64,000 nt of DNA. It comes from an uncultured Anaerolineaceae bacterium. Its GTDB lineage: Bacteria; Chloroflexota; Anaerolineae; Anaerolineales; UBA4823. The translations under genes and the position numbers were made by a program. Location: NCBI GenBank assembly GCA_964385625.1, contig CAYLPS010000005.1, positions 220-64,219 of the forward strand, in the 5' to 3' direction. Below the pieces are notes generated by a model. The model was not told the DNA's origin. It did no database searches and worked only from the letters and a program-made list of their open reading frames with translations. Below are positions 45,718 to 53,899 of this stretch, in pieces; within the stretch, counting starts at the first letter, position 1; the number at the start of each line of letters is the position of its first letter.

Positions 45718-46221
45718 TTACCAGCCGCTTATAAAGGGCAGCCATTCCTGGTTATCGCGTAGATGGTGGGCAAATAAATAGCCGGCTGAAGCCGGTGGAA
45801 CGGTTGGCGGGTGGAGCAGGTGCATTTGAGCTTGTTCAATGGTACGCCCGCCCTTGCGATGGTTGCAATGCGGGCAGGCTGCCACCAGGTTGGTCCATAC
45901 GTGCTCGCCACCCAGGTGGCGGGGGATGACGTGGTCCACTGTGAGGTAAGGCACATGCTGTCCGCAATACTGGCAGGTGTAATTATCGCGGCGCAAGACC
46001 TCGCGCTTGGTGAGCTTGACCCGTGGCCGCGGGCGATGGATCATCTTCTCCAGGCGGATGATGGATGGGCGCGGGTAAACCTGCGTCACTGTCCTGATCT
46101 CTCCACGTCCGTTCAAGATCAGGCTGGCTTTACCATCAATGATGAGGGTAATGGCGCGCCGGGTGTTGCATACATTGATGGGCTCGAAATTTGCGTTGAG
46201 CACTAATACCGGGACCTGCAT
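45718..46221 (-). CDS. HNH endonuclease
   Basis: 167 aa. CQYCG...VDHVIPRHLGGEHVWTNLVAACPHCNHRKG. Confidence 0.85.
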   Translation of the reverse strand: MQVPVLVLNANFEPINVCNTRRAITLIIDGKASLILNGRGEIRTVTQVYPRPSIIRLEKMIHRPRPRVKLTKREVLRRDNYTCQYCGQHVPYLTVDHVIPRHLGGEHVWTNLVAACPHCNHRKGGRTIEQAQMHLLHPPTVPPASAGYLFAHHLRDNQEWLPFISGW

Positions 46222-46307
46222 TCATGACTCCAATGTCGAAAATTATAGCACACTCGATATATGCTGGTACGCCGTGCACACTGGTGGGTTGAATTTTTTC
46301 AGCTCCA

Positions 46308-46853
46308 TCAACTTGCAGGCTCGGGTCCCCTGGCTTTTGCAGCCCAACGTGCAGAAATGCCCGCTTGCTGCCCCAGGAACATGTTCAATTGTGCGCCATG
46401 TTCCTGGACATGCCGCATGTTATCCAGCTGCAACTCTAAAAAACTAATTCCCTGCTTGCACCATGAAAAATAGCTGGTTTGTTGGGCTTTTTGGTCCGTA
46501 AGTGAGGCAATTGTTTTTCGGCATTTCCTGCGGCAGAATTCCAGGTACCCTAGCAGCTCTTCTTGGGTGAAGTGACGTTCTGGGAGCCTTCCAGAAGGAT
46601 CGAGCTCGTTTAAATCGAAAGGTTCAGGAGGATGAAATCCCTCGGCACTACCGCTAAGATACAAATCCAGGAAAAAGAGGGCGTGGTACGCCACATACCA
46701 GAAGTCAGAAAACCCTGGTGGCATATCATCATCCTTCCACATGGGCGCATTCCATATCTCGTCAGGGCAAGCTTTCAGCGCGTTCTCAAACATATCGATG
46801 GTTGCCCCAAACTGGTTCCACAGGATATCCTTTACATATTTTTTCATGGTCAT
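46308..46853 (-). CDS. DinB family protein
   Basis: 181 aa. Conserved His positions (YVAYHALFF, MRHVQEHGAQL) and four-helix-bundle-type spacing. Confidence 0.65.
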   Translation of the reverse strand: MTMKKYVKDILWNQFGATIDMFENALKACPDEIWNAPMWKDDDMPPGFSDFWYVAYHALFFLDLYLSGSAEGFHPPEPFDLNELDPSGRLPERHFTQEELLGYLEFCRRKCRKTIASLTDQKAQQTSYFSWCKQGISFLELQLDNMRHVQEHGAQLNMFLGQQAGISARWAAKARGPEPAS

Positions 46854-46880
46854 TCATCTCTCATTTTGTATGATGTTTTA

Positions 46881-47621
46881 TCAGCCACTGACAGGGATGC
46901 CGTACTTTGAAAATACCACTTGCAAAGTATGCTTCGTTTGGGCATAGAACTCGTCACCCATCTTGTCAACCAGGTGATATTTTCGGTAGACCCACACCGA
47001 ATGATCATAGTTCATGCGGTCGAGAATCACATAATCAACCTTGCCTGCCAGCAGCTCTCCCAGGCCATCCGCAGCGGGAAGCATGGGGGCGATCATCACG
47101 TAGGTGCGCAAGCCCGCCCTGTGCAGCTCGTCCAGCGCCTTGATCCGCTGGTCGATCACCGGGGCGTGCGGCTCAAACAGCTTGCGGATCGCATCATCGG
47201 CAGTGGTCACGCTCAATCCAACCTCGAACCCATCCCCCTCCTTGAGGATATCGATATCCCGCGTCACCAACGGGGAGCGCGTTTGGATGGAGGCGGGCCA
47301 CCCATGCTGTGCCAGGATTTCCAGGCATTGGCGAGTGAGCTGGTATTTCGCCTCCAGCGGCTGGTAAGGGTCACACACCCCACTCACCCACACGCGCTCG
47401 GGTTTCTTCCGCGCAATCTGCTTGCGTAATAATTCAGGGGCATTGATTTTGACATCGACGAACTCTCCCCACGGTTCCAGGTGGTGGCTAAAGCGCTTCA
47501 TGAAACGCGCATAGCAATAGGTACAACCATGCGCACAGCCGGTGTAAGGGTTGATTACATATGGGAAAACTTTCGAGGTTGAAAGGACTGTTTTCGGAGT
47601 GACATCTTTGACGATTATCAT
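46881..47621 (-). CDS. radical SAM protein, spore-photoproduct-lyase/DNA-photolyase-like (COG1533-type)
   Basis: 246 aa. N-terminal INPYTGCAHGCTYCYARF CxxxCxxC cluster. Confidence 0.75.
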   Translation of the reverse strand: MIIVKDVTPKTVLSTSKVFPYVINPYTGCAHGCTYCYARFMKRFSHHLEPWGEFVDVKINAPELLRKQIARKKPERVWVSGVCDPYQPLEAKYQLTRQCLEILAQHGWPASIQTRSPLVTRDIDILKEGDGFEVGLSVTTADDAIRKLFEPHAPVIDQRIKALDELHRAGLRTYVMIAPMLPAADGLGELLAGKVDYVILDRMNYDHSVWVYRKYHLVDKMGDEFYAQTKHTLQVVFSKYGIPVSG

Positions 47622-47743
47622 GCTATTTTTAGGGTTCTAACTGCCAGGTTGGGGTACCAAAGCTTCGATCTGCCTGGCGTGCTCCAGCTGGGTGATTGAG
47701 GGATCAATCCTGGTCACCATGGTTATTCCTCGAAGATTAAAAA

Positions 47744-47752
47744 TGGTATAAT
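47744..47752 (+). promoter_or_regulatory. candidate extended -10 promoter element of the tyrS leader
   Basis: TGgTATAAT at 47744-47752. The -35 is poor (TATTCC at 47724-47729). Confidence 0.4.
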
Positions 47753-47758
47753 CGGCGC

Positions 47759-47797
47759 ATGAGAAATAGTGGCTACGGCTATTATACAAGCACTTGA
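47759..47797 (+). CDS. candidate leaderless Tyr-rich leader peptide MRNSGYGYYTST
   Basis: The ATG lies 7 nt after the -10 hexamer and has no SD. Tyr codons at 47774-47776, 47780-47782 and 47783-47785. TGA at 47795-47797. Confidence 0.4.
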   Translation: MRNSGYGYYTST

Positions 47798-47804
47798 TCC
47801 CTAT

Positions 47805-47834
47805 CTGTGGAGAGTCTGGCGCGTCCTCCCACAG
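47805..47834 (+). promoter_or_regulatory. candidate antiterminator helix
   Basis: CTGTGGAGAG (47805-47814) pairs with CTCCCACAG (47826-47834): 9 bp with one bulged A. It overlaps the 5' arm and loop of the terminator. Confidence 0.45.
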
Positions 47835-47849
47835 AGGGCGCGTTTTTTT
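47820..47849 (+). terminator. intrinsic terminator in the tyrS 5' leader
   Basis: CGCGTCCTC (47820-47828), CCACA loop, GAGGGCGCG (47834-47842; 9 bp with one G-U), then T7 (47843-47849). It lies 57 nt upstream of the tyrS ATG. Confidence 0.75.
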
Positions 47850-47905
47850 ATCACCAGGAAAATACGCTGGCAGTCACCGTCAAAAGTGACAAAAAGGAGG
47901 CACGC

Positions 47906-49150
47906 ATGGGAAAAAAGATGATGAGCATCGACGAGCAGGTGGAATACCTGATGCAGGGCACCGAATATGGCGATGACGAGCTGAAACAGGCCATGGGAAA
48001 CGAGCTGCGCCAGCGCCTGATTGAAGCCGGGCGCGACGGTCGCCCGCTGAGGGTGTACTGCGGGTATGACCCCACCAAGCCCGACTTGCACCTGGGACAC
48101 ACCATCACCATGCGCAAGCTGGCTCAATTCCAAGAGCTGGGGCATGAAGTGACCTTCCTCATCGGCAACTACACCTCTTTAATTGGCGACCCATCTGATA
48201 AAAACAAGACCCGCCCCATCCTCTCCCCCGATGAAGTGGCCATGAATTCCGGCACCTATGCCGAACAGGTATTCCATGTCCTGGACCGCTCTAAGACCAT
48301 CATCCGCTATAATGCCGAGTGGCTTTCGAAGATCACCTTTGAAAAGCTGATCCAGCTGTGCTCCAACTTCACCGTCCAGCAGTTCATCACCCGTGAAAAC
48401 TTCAAGTTACGCTGGGATGCGGGTGAGCCCATCTTCTTCCACGAATTCTTCTATGCCATCATGCAGGGTTATGACGCCTACGCCATGCGCACCGACGTCC
48501 AGGTGGGGGGCACCGACCAGCTGTTTAATATCGTCACCGCAGCGCGTAAAATCATGGCCTACCTAGGTGAAAAACCCAATATCGCCATCATCATGGGCCT
48601 GCTGCCAGGTACGGATGGCGAGGTGAAGATGAGTAAATCAATGGGTAATTACATTCCCATCGATACCACGGCGGATGACATGTATGGCAAGCTGATGAGC
48701 GTCCCGGATAAAGCCATGCCCGTTTATTTCCGGCTGGTCACACGGTGGACGGCATCAGAGATCGCCTTGATGGAGAAGGAAATCTCTTCAGGCAAGCTCC
48801 ACCCGCGCGACGCCAAGATGAAGCTGGCACGTGAAGTGACCGAAATCTTCCACGGGGCTGAGGCTGCCAGGATGGCGGAGGAAAATTTCATCAACATTTT
48901 TAGGAAACACAACCTGCCTGATGAAAAAGACCTGCCCACATTCGTTCTTAAACCCACACATACCGTGCTGGATGTCCTGGTGGAAGGGAAGCTGGTGAAG
49001 AGCAAAAGTGAGGGACGCCGTTTGTTGGAACAAAACGGGGTGCGGTTGGATGGGGAAACCTTGAAAGATGCGAATCAAATCATCCCCCACCCGGGTATTT
49101 TACAAGCGGGCAAACGCCACTCGCTTAAAGTGGTCAGTAACAACGATTAA
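47906..49150 (+). CDS. tyrS: tyrosine--tRNA ligase
   Basis: AAGGAGG upstream of the ATG at 47906; the track ORF start at 47807 lies inside the leader and terminator. HIGH-type DLHLGH, KMSKS present, C-terminal S4-like domain ([18 protein letters not shown]). Confidence 0.92.
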   Translation: MGKKMMSIDEQVEYLMQGTEYGDDELKQAMGNELRQRLIEAGRDGRPLRVYCGYDPTKPDLHLGHTITMRKLAQFQELGHEVTFLIGNYTSLIGDPSDKNKTRPILSPDEVAMNSGTYAEQVFHVLDRSKTIIRYNAEWLSKITFEKLIQLCSNFTVQQFITRENFKLRWDAGEPIFFHEFFYAIMQGYDAYAMRTDVQVGGTDQLFNIVTAARKIMAYLGEKPNIAIIMGLLPGTDGEVKMSKSMGNYIPIDTTADDMYGKLMSVPDKAMPVYFRLVTRWTASEIALMEKEISSGKLHPRDAKMKLAREVTEIFHGAEAARMAEENFINIFRKHNLPDEKDLPTFVLKPTHTVLDVLVEGKLVKSKSEGRRLLEQNGVRLDGETLKDANQIIPHPGILQAGKRHSLKVVSNND

Positions 49151-49261
49151 TCGATGCATGCCGGTGTAATGGCAAATTTAAGCTACTCTTTAATCTTCTG
49201 GTAAGATACTTTTAAGTGTATCCAACGTATAATAGCTATAGTCACGATGCAGGAGGATCAT

Positions 49262-49642
49262 ATGAGTGATAACAATCCAAAAGATAGTACGTCAGCGAGT
49301 GGAAACATCTCAGACCAGCTGAATGAGCTGGGTAAAAACCTGCGCCAGGTCTTGCAATCCGCCTGGCAAAGTGAAGAGCGTAAAAAACTGCAGAATGAAA
49401 TCGAAGAGGGACTGAAGGAAATGAGTGCATCCCTCAACCAGGCTGCGCAGGATTTTTCAAGCACGCCGGCGGGAAAAACCATCAGTGATGATGTGAAGGA
49501 TTTTCAAGAACGCTGGCGCACCGGGCAGGTACAATCCAAGGCGCGCTCAGAGATTATGGACGCATTGCGTAAGGTCAACGACGAGCTGCAAAAAGTTGTC
49601 AATAGGAACGCCCCGCCTCCCGAAGACAAACCCGGACCATAA
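49262..49642 (+). CDS. hypothetical helical protein
   Basis: AGGAGG sits 5 nt upstream of the ATG at 49262. 126 aa, charged and helical. No family recognised. Confidence 0.5.
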   Translation: MSDNNPKDSTSASGNISDQLNELGKNLRQVLQSAWQSEERKKLQNEIEEGLKEMSASLNQAAQDFSSTPAGKTISDDVKDFQERWRTGQVQSKARSEIMDALRKVNDELQKVVNRNAPPPEDKPGP

Positions 49643-49651
49643 GGAGGATTA

Positions 49652-49924
49652 ATGCCAATGATCGAGAGGGAAATTCAGAGTGGTGAAGCATTGCAGGTGG
49701 GTAATTATGAAATCACCCCACAGGCACAGCTATACAGAATCCGCATCCCGGGATGTCGTGCTGCGTTGGCCTGGAATCGTCCGCATGCCGTAATCGTAAG
49801 AAACGAAGATGGTAGTGAAGAAGTCCTGCCGGTAAGAGACGTGACCCGGGAGGTGATTTGGTCCATGCTGGCAGGGGGACTGCTCGGCACATTGTTAATC
49901 CTGCTGATGAAACGTGCCAGATAA
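49652..49924 (+). CDS. hypothetical protein with C-terminal TM helix
   Basis: AAGGAGG sits 4 nt upstream of the ATG. 90 aa. C-terminus WSMLAGGLLGTLLILLM. Confidence 0.5.
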   Translation: MPMIEREIQSGEALQVGNYEITPQAQLYRIRIPGCRAALAWNRPHAVIVRNEDGSEEVLPVRDVTREVIWSMLAGGLLGTLLILLMKRAR

Positions 49925-49956
49925 CTGATTAATCAATACCAGAAGGAGAATAGAAA

Positions 49957-50394
49957 ATGACTGATGAAACGATTAGCAACGAGTTGGAAAATACCGGCCT
50001 GGATCATTACCAGGAAACGATGGAAGAATTCCTATCGGCTGCTGATGTTCGCGTGGTATATGGAGAACCAATCCAGCATAATGATACAACCATCATCCCA
50101 ACCGCAGAAATCCTGTGCGGGCTGGGCTTCGCGGTGGGCAGTGGCAGCGGGACGGATACCGGTCATAACCCCGATAATCCGTCGGTGGGAAAGGGAAGTG
50201 GTGGCGGAGGCGGTGGGAGAATTCTATCCCGACCGGTGGCAGTGGTGGTGGCTTCACCGGAGGGGGTAAGAGTCGAGCCGGTATTCGACGTTACCAAAGT
50301 GGCCCTGGCAGGCCTGACGGCACTCGGCTTTATGGTGGGGATGACGTTCCGCATGAGCAGCAAGCGGCGGGCTTTGCCATCCGTGGAAGACTGA
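49957..50394 (+). CDS. GerW/YtfJ family protein
   Basis: 145 aa. VVYGEPIQHNDTTIIPTAEI..GLGFAVGSGSG, a Gly run GSGGGGGG, then RPVAVVVASPEGVRVEPV. This matches the YtfJ/GerW pattern. GAAGGAG RBS. Confidence 0.7.
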   Translation: MTDETISNELENTGLDHYQETMEEFLSAADVRVVYGEPIQHNDTTIIPTAEILCGLGFAVGSGSGTDTGHNPDNPSVGKGSGGGGGGRILSRPVAVVVASPEGVRVEPVFDVTKVALAGLTALGFMVGMTFRMSSKRRALPSVED

Positions 50395-50506
50395 CCTGGT
50401 GCCAGCCTTCACTGGTCGAAATTTGGCCGCTGCATAATATAAGCCAGCCAGGATAACGGTTTCCAGACGAAATATGAGCTGGTTGGCTCTAAATGCCTGG
50501 CGTGAT

Positions 50507-50543
50507 ATCCACATGGAAAAACACCATCCATGTGGATTTTTTA
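50507..50543 (+). terminator. intrinsic terminator of the GerW operon
   Basis: 11-bp perfect stem ATCCACATGGA/TCCATGTGGAT (50507-50517 and 50527-50537) followed by a T tract. Confidence 0.75.
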
Positions 50544-50790
50544 TCATCACAGCTGTGTCATTTCCATTGATTTGATTGCGAACAAGCTTTCAGGAATGTT
50601 TATGAACTTGAGAAAATTGCCATCCTGGCAAAATTCACTTAACACCTGCCGGGTTTGTCAGTCTGGGCATTCATTAAAATAAAAGGCAGCAATCTGGTAA
50701 AATTACCACACCGTTTGCCTTTACATTTTTACATGCTGTTAAATATTTCGGCAAGCCTTGAAATTTTTCCAAACTTTCCAGGAGGAACGT

Positions 50791-51120
50791 ATGAACATTG
50801 AGACAACTGATTATAAGCGCTGCACAGTGGTGAAAACTAGCGGACGGATTGACGGATCCAACGCTTCTGTGCTTGGCCAAGCCTTGAAGGGTATTACCTC
50901 CGGAGGCACCTATAATATCATCTTCGATATGACGGATGTAAATTTCATTGCCAGCGCGGGATGGTGGATATTAATAGACACGCAAAAGACTTGCAAACCC
51001 AGTGGTGAGCTGGTTTTAGTAAATGTAGAGAAAGGTATCCGGGATTCGCTCAACCTGGTGGGCATGGGTTCTTATTTCCGCATTTATGACGATCTCACTA
51101 CTGCAGTAGGGAGCTTCTAA
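50791..51120 (+). CDS. STAS-domain anti-sigma-factor antagonist (SpoIIAA/RsbV-like)
   Basis: AGGAGGA upstream of the ATG at 50791. 109 aa. The phospho-acceptor context DVNFIASAGWWIL is present. Confidence 0.85.
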   Translation: MNIETTDYKRCTVVKTSGRIDGSNASVLGQALKGITSGGTYNIIFDMTDVNFIASAGWWILIDTQKTCKPSGELVLVNVEKGIRDSLNLVGMGSYFRIYDDLTTAVGSF

Positions 51121-51128
51121 TTTTCATA

Positions 51129-51542
51129 ATGCCAACCAAACGGTTTACCTGTAGCTTGCAGAATCTCGAAGCGATCTGCGATTACATCACCCATTACGCC
51201 AAGCAGGCCGGGCTTGATGAAGCAGAAGTTTACGCGGTCCAATTGGCGGTTGATGAAGCTACAACCAATATCATCGAGCACGGGTATGGTGATGAGTGTG
51301 CCAGCCGGATCGATATATCGTGTGAGGTGCTGAAAGATGGGTTGAAGGTGGAAATTTACGATGATGCTGAACCCTTTGATCCATCATCGGTGCCTGAACC
51401 CGAGATCAATGTACCACTGGATGAGATTAAGCCAAGGGGGTTGGGAATATACCTGATCCGAAAAATGATGGATGAGGTGAGGTATGAATCAAGCCCAGAA
51501 AAGGGTAGCATTTTGACGATGTTTAAATGGCATAAAAAATGA
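51129..51542 (+). CDS. anti-sigma regulatory Ser kinase (RsbW/SpoIIAB-like, HATPase_c)
   Basis: 137 aa. N-box DEATTNIIEHGY, G1 DDAEPFDP, G2 RGLGIYLIRKM. Confidence 0.85.
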   Translation: MPTKRFTCSLQNLEAICDYITHYAKQAGLDEAEVYAVQLAVDEATTNIIEHGYGDECASRIDISCEVLKDGLKVEIYDDAEPFDPSSVPEPEINVPLDEIKPRGLGIYLIRKMMDEVRYESSPEKGSILTMFKWHKK

Positions 51543-51553
51543 ACCTTAACAAC

Positions 51554-51586
51554 ATGCCTGCTCATCGATCTCGAGCAGGCATTTTT
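51554..51586 (+). terminator. intrinsic terminator between convergent genes
   Basis: 10-bp stem ATGCCTGCTC/GAGCAGGCAT (51554-51563 and 51573-51582), then T5. It overlaps the stop codon of the convergent phosphatase gene. Confidence 0.6.
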
Positions 51587-53642
51587 ATTGTGCGCCTTTT
51601 TCTCTGCCCAATATCACCAGGGTGATGTCATCGAAGCGGGGCGCCTCACCCACAAATAAGTGCACCATACTAAGGATAGATTGTTGCAGCTCAGCTGCAG
51701 ATTTGCCCCCGTGACTTTGCACAGTATCTAAGATCAATTTCCGATCGATAAATTCCCCAGCCATGTTCTGCGCGTCCATGACCCCATCGGTATAAAGCAG
51801 CAGCGTCTCGCCAGGCGCGATCACCAGCTCTTCTTGCAGCCATTCATTCTCCTCATCGATCCCCAGCGGCATGCCGGTATTATTGAGTGTTATTATGCCA
51901 TCACCCCCCAATAAGAAAGGCGGGTTATGACCAGCATTAGCGTAACGCAGCAGCCCAGTAATGGGGTCCAGCACCGCAAAGAACACCGTGACGAACAGGT
52001 TGGCCCGGGCATTCCTCAAAATTTGCTGGTTGGCCGTTTTAAGCACTTTAGCGGGGTCACGGTGATATTCCCCAGCAAAAGTGCGGATCAGAGTATTGCT
52101 TAATGCCATGTATAACGCAGAACCCAAGCCTTTATCTGCCACATCTGCGATCAGGATGCCCCACTTTCCTTCGGGTAATTTTATAAAGTCATAAAAATCA
52201 CCGGCGATCTGCCGGGCGGGCTCCAGTGTGGCTGCAAGCTGCCAGCCGGAGATTTGCGGGATGGATTCGGGTAGAAAACTTACCTGTATGGTTTGCGCCA
52301 GCGCCAGCTCTTGCAGGGTCTTTTGCATCGCCAGGTTGCTGGCATATTCTTCTGCCTGGTGGATAGCGGAAGCCACTTGTGCAGCCAATGACTGCACGGC
52401 AGGCAGCTGCCGGCGGATTGAGTGGATATTCCATGGGATATTCAAGGTTTGCAGCTCAACGAAGATATCACCAATCGGTTGGTCGGTTTCCACATCCTTG
52501 ATCGGGCAATAGATCACCGGACCCGAAAGTGACAATTCCGGATTCCAGGGCAGTGTTCTGCCGGGCATCGAGTAATAAGCTTCATTCTTCTCCTGTATCC
52601 AGCGCCAGGCGTGTTCATGATCGAATAACGCTGTCGGAGGCTCCTGAATGAGTATGCCATGCGCCTTCGTCCAAATATAGATCACCAGAGTAGCAAACAT
52701 GGAAGGTACATGCTCTTGTAACACCGCTTGTAAATTTGAGCCATCGGGTGGGGCATCCAGGATGGCGCGACCCAGCTTTTCCAGCTGCTCAATCTGCCTG
52801 TACTGCTGGCGTGAATACTCAGCCGTCTGGCTGAGCCTGCGGCCGAGAATGGCCACCATGATTAAACCCAGGATAATATAAGCAAAGCTCCATAACCCAT
52901 CGCGCACGAAAATACCTGCCACCAAAATCCCAAACGGATTTGCCAGGCTAGGAAGGGTGAGTGCCAGGGTGAAAAAGGAGAATGCGGGCTGGGTGGATGT
53001 GTGAAGCACATTTTTTAACGACCAGATCACATAACTGATATACCCTGAATAGATCACCAGCGTGCCGGCATATTGGACGATAATTGCCAGGAATGCCGGG
53101 GCAATTGAGGCAATCGAGATATCCTGGATAGGGATCGTCCCTCCCACCATCCGGTAAACCGCCAGCGCGATCAACATCGGCAGCACATCAGACGATAGGT
53201 CTGCGGTGAACATGCGGCCGCGGCTCCAATAGGATTGGGCAGTCCTTGTCTTGTCAATCGAGGTGACAAATACCAGGCAGTCCCATATCACCTTCAGCCA
53301 GATAGCGGTTGGTCCCAGGATTAAGACCGCAGCCCACACCGCCAGGCCGTCCATGGCGCCCACCGAATTGGCGTAGCCACCCGAGCGAATCTCGGTAATG
53401 AAGAAGAAACGCAGGCGATTAAAGATGTACAGGACAACCCCCATGATCAGGTAGGTACTCCACTTCTGCCCAACAGATCCCCAATCTGAGACCTTGGCTA
53501 ACCAGACAAGCCCTATCACCGCCAGGGGCAGGGTATAGAGGAGGGTCAGCACATCGGCAGTGGCTGACATGCGTTGCTGACCCGCTAATTTCTCTAGATC
53601 AGGCCTGACCCTTCTCGTTAGTGTATATACGACATCATTCAT
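51585..53642 (-). CDS. membrane-anchored PP2C-type (SpoIIE/RsbU family) protein phosphatase
   Basis: 685 aa. About 9-10 N-terminal TM helices, a central GAF-like region, and a C-terminal PPM domain (GDFYDF, ADVADKGLGSALYM, NAGHNPP, LYTDGV). Confidence 0.85.
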   Translation of the reverse strand: MNDVVYTLTRRVRPDLEKLAGQQRMSATADVLTLLYTLPLAVIGLVWLAKVSDWGSVGQKWSTYLIMGVVLYIFNRLRFFFITEIRSGGYANSVGAMDGLAVWAAVLILGPTAIWLKVIWDCLVFVTSIDKTRTAQSYWSRGRMFTADLSSDVLPMLIALAVYRMVGGTIPIQDISIASIAPAFLAIIVQYAGTLVIYSGYISYVIWSLKNVLHTSTQPAFSFFTLALTLPSLANPFGILVAGIFVRDGLWSFAYIILGLIMVAILGRRLSQTAEYSRQQYRQIEQLEKLGRAILDAPPDGSNLQAVLQEHVPSMFATLVIYIWTKAHGILIQEPPTALFDHEHAWRWIQEKNEAYYSMPGRTLPWNPELSLSGPVIYCPIKDVETDQPIGDIFVELQTLNIPWNIHSIRRQLPAVQSLAAQVASAIHQAEEYASNLAMQKTLQELALAQTIQVSFLPESIPQISGWQLAATLEPARQIAGDFYDFIKLPEGKWGILIADVADKGLGSALYMALSNTLIRTFAGEYHRDPAKVLKTANQQILRNARANLFVTVFFAVLDPITGLLRYANAGHNPPFLLGGDGIITLNNTGMPLGIDEENEWLQEELVIAPGETLLLYTDGVMDAQNMAGEFIDRKLILDTVQSHGGKSAAELQQSILSMVHLFVGEAPRFDDITLVILGREKGAQ

Positions 53643-53841
53643 GAGATGTCATGTCCTGCAAATTTCATATACAATACATTCTCTCATTTGCCGTTCCAGC
53701 TTTGATCAACACCTGTCCGGTGTAATTCACAAAATACTGGGTAAGTATTATAACTGATAGACCACTGCTTGAGGTTAGCTGGTAATAAGCAAGAAATGCG
53801 TGAGTATGCGTACGAATCCACGAGAAATTATCCACCGCCTT

Positions 53842-53872
53842 AAAAAAAAACCCGGCTCTTGGCGAACCGGGG
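53842..53872 (-). terminator. intrinsic terminator downstream of nuoN
   Basis: On the minus strand: CCCGGUUC, GCCAA loop, GAGCCGGG (8 bp, one G-U), followed by U9 (plus-strand A9 at 53842-53850). Confidence 0.75.
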
Positions 53873-53899
53873 TAATAAAGCCATCAGGTAGGCTCGTAG

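Noticed and set aside
47622-47905. T-box riboswitch upstream of tyrS
   Set aside because: The leader is only about 150 nt and lacks the GGGTGGTACCGCG box. AGTGGCTACGG at 47768-47778 is only a poor resemblance and falls inside the candidate leader ORF. Stem I elements (AG bulge, distal loop) were not found.
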